From: Candidatus Iainarchaeum sp.
GTDB taxonomy: Archaea; Iainarchaeota; Iainarchaeia; Iainarchaeales; VGJJ01
Length of the DNA stretch: 32,000 nt
Assembly (NCBI GenBank): GCA_030688545.1
Contig: JAUYHT010000006.1
Location: 1-32,000 of the forward strand
Reading direction: 5' to 3'
The notes beneath the pieces were generated by a model. That model was not told the DNA's origin. It worked only from the letters and a program-made list of their open reading frames with translations, and did not search any database. Position numbers and translations under genes: made by a program. This document shows positions 1-6,562 of this stretch, one piece after another. Numbering within the stretch: position 1 is the first letter of the stretch; each line of letters opens with the position of its first letter.

Positions 1-2
1 GC

Positions 3-656
3 GTGAAAAAAATGTCTTATACTTTATCACCAACTTCTCTCTCGTTGTTTAAGGATTGCCCCCGTTGCTTTTGGAGACAGTTCAAAGAAGGAGTAAAGCG
101 ACCAAATGGAATCTTTCCATCTTTGCCGTCTGGAATGGATAGAATTTTGAAAGAACATTTTGACTATTTTATGAAACGCGGAGAACTTCCTCCAGAATTA
201 CATACATTGAAACATATGCGATTATTTGACGATGAACCTATTTTGAGTCAATGGAGAAATTTTCGTAAAGGAATTCGCTGGAGTGATGAAAAGGGAAACG
301 TAATTTGTGGAGCAATTGATAATATTCTGGTTCATAAGGAAAAATTAGTCGTGTTGGATTACAAAACGCGAGGTTTTCCTTTGAAGAATGATACACACGA
401 ATATTACCAAGACCAATTGAATGTTTATTGCTATCTACTTCATCAAAACGGGTATGAAGTCGAGGATTACGCCTATCTTTTGTTCTATCACCCCAACAAA
501 GTAACAACAACTGGCGAAGTTCTTTTTCACAACGACCTAAAGAAAATCGAAATTTCAACCGGTGATGCTGAACGACTAATCCAAAAAGCCATTAATCTAC
601 TCAATGGCGACTGTCCGTCTAAAAAGTGTGTATGGTGTCAATTAAACAAGGATTAA
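3..656 (+). CDS. Cas4/RecB-like PD-(D/E)XK nuclease with predicted 4Fe-4S cysteines
   Basis: ORF track 3..656 (GTG at 3, first ATG at 12; may extend upstream of the window). N-terminal CPRC and C-terminal CPSKKCVWC cysteines. GAIDNIL and VVLDYKT (D ... D-x-K) and QLNVYCYLL (QxxxY) motifs are typical of Cas4/RecB-family nucleases. Confidence 0.7.
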   Translation: MKKMSYTLSPTSLSLFKDCPRCFWRQFKEGVKRPNGIFPSLPSGMDRILKEHFDYFMKRGELPPELHTLKHMRLFDDEPILSQWRNFRKGIRWSDEKGNVICGAIDNILVHKEKLVVLDYKTRGFPLKNDTHEYYQDQLNVYCYLLHQNGYEVEDYAYLLFYHPNKVTTTGEVLFHNDLKKIEISTGDAERLIQKAINLLNGDCPSKKCVWCQLNKD

Positions 657-659
657 AGT

Positions 660-860
660 ATGGCCGACCACGAAGAAATGCCCGTAACCTGCCCAAAATG
701 CGGGGAGAAAAATACTATCCTTTGGTTTCCCGCTCGACACCATTACGTCCGACAAAAAGGAACAACAGGTGGTTCCGAACTCGCATTCAGAGGAAAAGGC
801 GAAAGAGTAAGCGGAACCTGCAAATGCGGATATGTTTTCAAACCAAAAGACCTCGATTAA
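660..860 (+). CDS. small zinc-ribbon protein
   Basis: 66 aa. CPKC ... CKC cysteine pairs (TCPKCGEKN, GTCKCGYVF). Starts 4 nt after the stop of the nuclease gene, so probably co-transcribed. Confidence 0.55.
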   Translation: MADHEEMPVTCPKCGEKNTILWFPARHHYVRQKGTTGGSELAFRGKGERVSGTCKCGYVFKPKDLD

Positions 861-920
861 TGACCAAAACCATAGAATAAACAAATATCCTAAAACTGTA
901 TTTATTCACGAAATAGGAAT

Positions 921-930
921 TATTTAAATA
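921..930 (+). promoter_or_regulatory. TATA-like box upstream of ATG 951
   Basis: tatttaaata lies 21-30 nt upstream of the in-frame ATG at 951, the spacing expected for a leaderless archaeal transcript. Confidence 0.35.
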
Positions 931-950
931 ATGTATTGTTCACCAGTAGT

Positions 951-1289
951 ATGGGTGGTCGAATGACTGAAAAAGAAGGGAACAATACCATAAAATTGTC
1001 AGTATATTTTCACACATCAGGGGCAGGCGTGGAATTACGACCAAAAACAGCCTTCAAAAGTGGATGGGTGCAGATGCCTACAAACCATAAGCACGGAATT
1101 CGAGCCTCGGATGTAAAACCAATCTACTTTGGGTCTGGATTTTCACAAGGCAACCTTCTCGATGCAATTAAAGCCTGTCTAAAGGCCAACAAAATCAACT
1201 TTATTGACTCTGGCAAAGTGAAGGATTACAAAAAGTTCTTGGAAATGCAGAAAAAAGAAGAATTCTTCGACAATAACGGAGAACTTTGA
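951..1289 (+). CDS. hypothetical protein
   Basis: The ORF track gives 936..1289 from a TTG. The in-frame ATG at 951 has a TATA-like box at the correct distance (ATG 963 is an alternative). I recognise no motif. Sits in an AT-rich context. Confidence 0.5.
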   Translation: MGGRMTEKEGNNTIKLSVYFHTSGAGVELRPKTAFKSGWVQMPTNHKHGIRASDVKPIYFGSGFSQGNLLDAIKACLKANKINFIDSGKVKDYKKFLEMQKKEEFFDNNGEL

Positions 1290-1293
1290 CTTT

Positions 1294-1314
1294 GTGGGCA
1301 AAAAGCCCACTTTA
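1294..1314 (+). terminator. hairpin plus T-tract after the hypothetical gene
   Basis: GTGGGC-AAAAA-GCCCAC (1294-1310) followed by TTTAT, 5 nt after the stop at 1289. Confidence 0.3.
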
Positions 1315-1358
1315 TGGGCAGAACCCACTTAGTAGGCAAAGCCGGTGGGATGAAAACG

Positions 1359-1368
1359 TTTATATATT
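1359..1368 (+). promoter_or_regulatory. TATA-like box for the pilin-like gene
   Basis: tttatatatt preceded by a purine-rich gaaaac (BRE-like), about 36-45 nt upstream of ATG 1404. Confidence 0.4.
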
Positions 1369-1403
1369 CGGGTCTTTTCGTAGAGGCAGAGGTGAATCTT
1401 TTT

Positions 1404-1859
1404 ATGTTCAAGAGGAGAGGACAAGGAACGACCGAATACCTGATCATACTTGCTATCGTGATTGTGATCGCGTTGGTCGTAGTAAGCGTATTGGGAGGCA
1501 TTCCCAGCATTGGAACATCAGTGAATGAAAACACGAGCCGATCCTATTGGGGAAGCGTCTCACCATTGGCGGTAACCGAGTGGATATCCGCTCCCACGGC
1601 CGGTGGATCATTGGTCATGAAGAATTTGACCTCCCAGACTATTACGTTAACCCAGGTACATTGGGGGGGGACCACGATAAACGTAACGGATGTCGTTTTT
1701 GGACCGGGTGGAACACAAACCGTTCAAAATGATGCGTTCGATTGTGGAACGACGTCAGGTCAGCAATATAATCTGACGTTGGGTTACGAATATGACAGCC
1801 CCAATTTGACAGGGGTCGACGTGAATGGTTCCCAGAGCATTGTGGGTACCTGCCAATAG
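1404..1859 (+). CDS. class III signal peptide protein (archaeal type IV pilin-like, DUF361-type)
   Basis: From the in-frame ATG 1404 the N-terminus reads MFKRRG/QGTTEYLIILAIVIVIALVVVSVLGG. This gives a short basic leader, G at -1, Q at +1, E at +5, then a hydrophobic helix, which is the prepilin peptidase substrate pattern. The longer ORF-track start at 1314 adds an implausible extension. Confidence 0.75.
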   Translation: MFKRRGQGTTEYLIILAIVIVIALVVVSVLGGIPSIGTSVNENTSRSYWGSVSPLAVTEWISAPTAGGSLVMKNLTSQTITLTQVHWGGTTINVTDVVFGPGGTQTVQNDAFDCGTTSGQQYNLTLGYEYDSPNLTGVDVNGSQSIVGTCQ

Positions 1860-2374
1860 CTGGTTTCGTCCAGCTGGTTCGAAGGACGTGGGAGGTTTCC
1901 AACCTCCCAGCGGCCGTTCCTGTAGTGGCGACCTCCCGGTTGCCTTTTCTTTTTTCATGAGCCGTGAGAATACCAAAAAGTTATTCGGATGCGTGAAAAT
2001 AGAACTTTTCTCGCATTTTTGATAATCCGTGAGCGCGAAATGAAATCTTTTTATAGTTCGACACTGAAAGGGGTGCACGTATTGGGAGTTAGGGAGGGAA
2101 GCCATACTGCGGAACGCAGATCCCTGGCTTCTCCCCTATTCATCTTTTTCCACTCCCAATCTTCCTCTGTTTTTCCCTGTTTGTTGAATTCTTTTTAAAC
2201 GCTCCGGCACCCAATTGCCTTTAGCCATGGATGGGTTGATTCATGGGCTTCGCTCATAAAACCCGCACCTTTGTAGAAAAAGGTGCACGAAAAATTGATT
2301 CACAAGGGGTGCCGCGCAGCGGTACCCCGGGGACGAGCGGCCTATGTCAATGGCCAGCCTATGTTAATGGCCCT

Positions 2375-2446
2375 GGGCAGGTGGCGCAATGGTAGCGCGT
2401 CCGCTTCGCATGCGGAAGGTTAGGGGTTCAAGTCCCCTCCTGTCCA
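2375..2446 (+). tRNA. tRNA-Ala (anticodon CGC)
   Basis: Hand-folded cloverleaf. Acceptor GGGCAGG/CCTGTCC with G3:U70 (the Ala identity pair). D stem GCGC/GCGC. Anticodon stem TCCGC/GCGGA with loop TTCGCAT. Variable loop AGGTT. T arm AGGGG-TTCAAGT-CCCCT. Discriminator A. No encoded CCA. Confidence 0.9.
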
Positions 2447-2618
2447 TCATTATTTCATCCGACTCCTTATGGAGGAGGAAAGTCATACCTCTCTGGCATT
2501 CTAATGGGGGTTCAAATAAATGGGAAAATCCACGGGAAGGAATATAGGCTGATTTTTTCCTTTGAAAAAGGGGTTGAGGATATATCATTTAAAGCGTGGG
2601 AATCGTCATGGGGTCCTT

Positions 2619-5594
2619 ATGGAAGATGATAATCCGAGGGTGCATGTCGTGAAAAGCCGGGGTAATCCCTTTGACCGGCTGTTGGGAACCGCTCTTCCTC
2701 AATCGAAGCGGGTCCGGGAGGATGACGATGAATCCCCTCTCAAGGATGAGGATAAAGAAAACCCCCGAGAGGAGGACGACTTGGCAGATGAGGAGGATTC
2801 GGTGGAGGAAGATTTGGTTGACGAGAATGATCCCATGGAAGAGGATGAAAATACCCCCTTGAATGACGAACTTCCCAATGATGAAGATTCTGAGGAAAAC
2901 GGGGAGGATATTCCTGAAGAAAATGAAAATCCGGAAGAGGAAGGGGGAGATAAACCGGCGGAAGGAAATAGAAATGTTTCGCCCGGGGACCTGCGGGATC
3001 CCGAGTTATTAGATGAGGTGGGGGAGGAGATGGAAGATTTGCTCGTGGAACATGGCACCCATGAAGAAGGGGTGACAAGCGCGGATTCGCCAATGGAAAA
3101 AATAAGGTTGGTGGATCCGTCCCTGGTTGAGCGTCGCGAAAGGATCAAAGATCATCTGGTCCGAAAATCCCAGGGGCATTCCCTCCAGAAGGATGGAACG
3201 ACCATCAAATTGGATTTGCTTACGCATCCCAAAGAAAAAGTGGCCTTCATTGGGAGAAAGAAATCCCTGCTGCAGAAATTTGGTACGAAAGGAGGTTTGT
3301 TTATTGGCCGGGTCGCGGACGAAGAAGGATTACAAGATCATCAATTGCAATTGGATTCCCTCAACCCCCACGTGGTTTTCGTTTGCGGCACCCGCGGATC
3401 AGGGAAGTCCTACGTTCTTGGTGTCATCGCGGAGGAGTTAACGCTCAAAAACCCCGATGTGGGGATCATTGTGGTGGATCCGGTAGGGGTTTTCTGGTCC
3501 ATGAAATACCCCAACAAGGATGAGAAAGAGGTGCGCGCCCTCGCCAACTATGGGTTGATGCCCCAGGGGTTGGAAAGCCTCAAGGTTTTCATCCCGGAAG
3601 GGAGCAAGAATGATACGCCCCGCAACACGTATGACGCGTTGTATTCCATTCCCCCCTCCTTGCTCACGAGCGAGGATTGGTGTTTGACATTCGGGATGGA
3701 GCGGTTTTCCCCCACCGGATTAGTATTGGAGAAGGCCTTGAAAAAGGTGGAGAAGGGATTTCGAACCCTCACTGGAGAAAGCGTGAAAGGGAAAGGAAAG
3801 GGGTATGGATTGGAAGACCTCATCATCTGCCTCGAGAAGGACGCGGAAATTAATTCAAAAGAGCGGGGGTTCAAAACGGATAGTGTGCGCGCATTAGTGT
3901 CACGTTTCGAGGCGGCCAAGGGATGGGGGATTTTCTCAGAAAAAGGCACGCCTCTATCGGAGTTGTCGCGAGAAGGCCAATTGTCAGTTATCGATACCAG
4001 TTTCCTGGATGACACCGTAACAGCACTTGTCATTGGAATACTGGCCCGTCGTCTCCTGGCCGCGCGGAAGATCCAAACACGGAAAGAGGCGGCCAAGAGA
4101 TTCAAAGAGGATGATATGGAAAGACTCCTCGAGAGTGAAATTCCCCCGACGTGGTTATTCATTGATGAAGCCCATACGTTGATCCCTAGTGGCAACGTGT
4201 CTACTCCCGCGAGCAATGCCATTGTGGAATACGTGAAGCAGGGGCGAAGACCTGGGTGCAGTCTTGTGTTCGCTACGCAACAGCCTAGCGCGATTGACAC
4301 GCGTGTGCTATCCCAATTGGATGTGATTCTGGCCCATAAGCTCATCTTTGATGATGACATCAAAGCCATCATGAAACGCACCCCCACCATTATTCCACAG
4401 CGCTTCCGGCACGCTCATTTTCTCAAAACCCTGCCCGTAGGAACGGCATTGACCGGTGACCGACGGGAGGAAACCTCGCGTGCCTTTGTATTAAATGTGC
4501 GGCCGCGCATGTCGCAACACGAAGGAAGAGACGCTGAAACGAGCGAGCGGCACACCCAACTTGCTCCGGAGGAAGTGGAGAATCTCGCGGTGGAATTGCT
4601 CATGGGAACGATCGAAAAACAAGGGTCCATGGAAAAAAAGACGGTGGATGATGTCGTCCAGACGCTCAATCAAAAGTATAAGAGCGACGCTCAATTGTCG
4701 CACGTGCTGGATGGCATGGAGGAGAATGGAGTGGAAATTAATCCTAAAACCATGGTGCTGCGTTGGCCACCCTATTTCGAGGCATTGCAAACCGAGAAGG
4801 AAGAGGCCACTGACCAACGGTTGGTGGATGATTCCTTTCTCCCGGACGAAGGGGAATCAACCGCCCTCTTGGCGTTTCCCATCAAGATTTCCAATGAGGA
4901 AGTGGTGGCTTCCTTCCAGCGGGCGGCCAATAGGTCCATGTTGGGGTTAGGAAAACCGGTCGAGAAACTGGATAAAGTGGATTTGACCTACCGCCCCCTC
5001 TACAAGGTGGAGTATCGCCAGTTCACGGGGAAAACGAGTTACATCCCAAAGGAGTGTTTTGTAGATGCCGAGAGCGGGGAATTTTTGCACGTCGTGAAGA
5101 ATAGGATGGTTTCCTCCCGCGGCCTGAATGCGTTGCATGGGTTGAAAGAGGATCATTATCATTTGTTGCGTGAGGTGGCACGAAAGGGGGGGACGATCCC
5201 CCAATTGGCCAAACGGATGCGGTGCGAGGGGAAAGAGCTGGCAGCTCCTCTCCGCGTGCTCCAGAATAATGGGTTGATTCGCATGTCCAAGGATAAAGAA
5301 CCCGTTGTGTCCTTGTCGCCGCAAGTGGATATTCCTTTATCCGGAATGGAGAAGACCTTATCTTCCCTGACGCACGTGCCTTTGGTTCACGTGGATAAAG
5401 TGACGCGGACTCCATCGAATTTGAAACCTGAAGAGCTGCACACCCTCCTTGCCACCTGGTGGCCGGATGTGGTGGTGACGCAGGTTAAGGAAATCTTCCG
5501 CCCCACCTTTGACGGGCTGCTCATCAACCGCCAAACGGGCGAACACCGGGTGGTGCGCCTGGATGGGATGACGGGCGAGCGGCTCGAGGAATAG
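2619..5594 (+). CDS. HerA/FtsK-superfamily (DUF87-like) P-loop ATPase with acidic N-terminal tract and C-terminal wHTH-containing extension
   Basis: Walker A is VVFVCGTRGSGKSYVLG (about 3375-3425). Walker B is WLFIDEAHTLIP, followed by VFATQQPSAID. ATG 2619 has catttaaag 25-33 nt upstream; the ORF-track start is TTG 2562. Residues about 50-170 are D/E-rich low complexity. Near the C-terminus, LLREVARKGGTIPQLAKRMRCEGKELAAPLRVLQNNGLIRMS looks like a winged helix. Confidence 0.85.
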   Translation: MEDDNPRVHVVKSRGNPFDRLLGTALPQSKRVREDDDESPLKDEDKENPREEDDLADEEDSVEEDLVDENDPMEEDENTPLNDELPNDEDSEENGEDIPEENENPEEEGGDKPAEGNRNVSPGDLRDPELLDEVGEEMEDLLVEHGTHEEGVTSADSPMEKIRLVDPSLVERRERIKDHLVRKSQGHSLQKDGTTIKLDLLTHPKEKVAFIGRKKSLLQKFGTKGGLFIGRVADEEGLQDHQLQLDSLNPHVVFVCGTRGSGKSYVLGVIAEELTLKNPDVGIIVVDPVGVFWSMKYPNKDEKEVRALANYGLMPQGLESLKVFIPEGSKNDTPRNTYDALYSIPPSLLTSEDWCLTFGMERFSPTGLVLEKALKKVEKGFRTLTGESVKGKGKGYGLEDLIICLEKDAEINSKERGFKTDSVRALVSRFEAAKGWGIFSEKGTPLSELSREGQLSVIDTSFLDDTVTALVIGILARRLLAARKIQTRKEAAKRFKEDDMERLLESEIPPTWLFIDEAHTLIPSGNVSTPASNAIVEYVKQGRRPGCSLVFATQQPSAIDTRVLSQLDVILAHKLIFDDDIKAIMKRTPTIIPQRFRHAHFLKTLPVGTALTGDRREETSRAFVLNVRPRMSQHEGRDAETSERHTQLAPEEVENLAVELLMGTIEKQGSMEKKTVDDVVQTLNQKYKSDAQLSHVLDGMEENGVEINPKTMVLRWPPYFEALQTEKEEATDQRLVDDSFLPDEGESTALLAFPIKISNEEVVASFQRAANRSMLGLGKPVEKLDKVDLTYRPLYKVEYRQFTGKTSYIPKECFVDAESGEFLHVVKNRMVSSRGLNALHGLKEDHYHLLREVARKGGTIPQLAKRMRCEGKELAAPLRVLQNNGLIRMSKDKEPVVSLSPQVDIPLSGMEKTLSSLTHVPLVHVDKVTRTPSNLKPEELHTLLATWWPDVVVTQVKEIFRPTFDGLLINRQTGEHRVVRLDGMTGERLEE

Positions 5595-5595
5595 C

Positions 5596-5898
5596 ATGCT
5601 GCGCGGGGATTTCTTTGAAGCGCGGCTCTGCGACTCGCAACTCTCCTATGAGTTTGTCCCAAAACAGTCATTGAAGCTACCCCTCTTTACTTTAGGAAGG
5701 GAACTGAAGGATGCGGGACTATATGTGGAGATCAACACTCCCTTCATCGTGCAGGTCAAGCTACAAGACACCAAAATAAGCCTCTATCCCTCCGGCAAGG
5801 TATTCGTGAAACACGTATCCGAAAAGAAACAAGCCCAAACCCTATTCCGTCGCATGGTAAAGGCGCTTAATGCGTGTCCGGCGATGGCAAAGATTTAA
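5596..5898 (+). CDS. hypothetical 100-aa protein, possible single TBP-like fold domain
   Basis: The ATG lies 1 nt after the ATPase stop codon (TAG 5592-5594), indicating tight coupling. The C-terminal half DTKISLYPSGKVFVKHVSEKKQAQTLFRRMVKAL resembles one TBP repeat (xxLFSSGKxVxTGAKSxxxxxxAxxKxxxxL). Confidence 0.6.
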   Translation: MLRGDFFEARLCDSQLSYEFVPKQSLKLPLFTLGRELKDAGLYVEINTPFIVQVKLQDTKISLYPSGKVFVKHVSEKKQAQTLFRRMVKALNACPAMAKI

Positions 5899-5948
5899 AT
5901 TCGCCAAAATGCGCGTGAGGATACATAATCCCTTGGAGGAGCCTTCCC

Positions 5949-6275
5949 ATGACTGAAACCCCCACCCACGAAATTACCTTTTTGGATCCCCTCACCGCGG
6001 GGAAAGTGAATGCCGTCTTTGGATTAGTGGCGGGTTTGATTACGGGGATAGTGACATTGATCACCTCGGGGATACTATCTACTTATTTGCAAACCCAAAC
6101 GTGGGCCTCTCCGGAGGTCATTGCCACCGCGCAACAAGCGGGATTCATCGGGTTGCTGTTGTTCCTCGTATTAGGTATTATCACGGGCTTCCTCGCCGGG
6201 TTCGTGGGAGCATACATCTTCAACTTCACTGTCAAACTGGTAGGCGGTGTGAAGGTGGGCGTGAAGGACGAATAA
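5949..6275 (+). CDS. small membrane protein (2-3 predicted TM helices)
   Basis: GGAGGAG lies 8 nt upstream of the ATG. Hydrophobic stretches VNAVFGLVAGLITGIVTLITSGIL and FIGLLLFLVLGIITGFLAGFVGAYIF. Confidence 0.65.
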   Translation: MTETPTHEITFLDPLTAGKVNAVFGLVAGLITGIVTLITSGILSTYLQTQTWASPEVIATAQQAGFIGLLLFLVLGIITGFLAGFVGAYIFNFTVKLVGGVKVGVKDE

Positions 6276-6319
6276 AATAGGGAATTCTTTTCCCCATTCG
6301 TGCCTCCCCCTCCCAAAAA

Positions 6320-6348
6320 AAATAAACAAAAAAAAATTGTTTATTTTT
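6320..6348 (+). terminator. A/T hairpin with T-tract
   Basis: AAATAAACAA-A7-TTGTTTATTT followed by TT, 45 nt downstream of the stop at 6275. Confidence 0.3.
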
Positions 6349-6496
6349 CGATGTTGAATATTTTTGGATCACCCATATTGGTTAGTCTACTGAGTTGATT
6401 TAGCCAAATAGTGTGCATGAACGTCACTCGGCTCGCGCGATCGCTCGCCAAAAAATGGGCGACACGAGTCGTCCTGAAGGGCAAATTATGATCCAC

Positions 6497-6562
6497 TTTT
6501 TGATGAAACTTATTTCTAAAAAGTCCGTTTTTTGATGAAACTTTTTTCTAAAAAGTTTCATC
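6497..6562. repeat. two tandem copies of a 27-nt unit (period 33 nt); the second forms a 13-bp perfect hairpin
   Basis: ttttgatgaaacttAtttctaaaaagt (6497-6523) and ttttgatgaaacttTtttctaaaaagt (6530-6556). GATGAAACTTTTT (6534-6546) and AAAAAGTTTCATC (6550-6562) are exact reverse complements, and the hairpin overlaps the acylase stop codon (6558-6560). It lies between convergent genes, so it is probably a bidirectional terminator. Confidence 0.6.

Noticed and set aside
2364-2588. 74-aa minus-strand ORF
   Set aside because: It lies antisense across the well-folded tRNA-Ala gene and its flank. It has no motif or start context and is a chance ORF.
2699-3148. 149-aa and 117-aa minus-strand Ser/Pro-rich ORFs
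   Set aside because: They are mirror-image artefacts of the GAG/GAA/GAT-rich acidic tract of the HerA-like gene. The plus frame continues into clear Walker motifs.
3548-4390. 280-aa minus-strand ORF inside the ATPase gene
   Set aside because: It is long but featureless, and it is antisense to the region encoding Walker B and the ATQQPS motif. The plus-strand frame is unambiguously coding.
6497-6562. Possible CRISPR-like repeats
   Set aside because: There are only two directly adjacent copies with a 6-nt spacer, and they are A/T-rich and overlap a stop codon. No repeat-spacer periodicity appears anywhere in the window.
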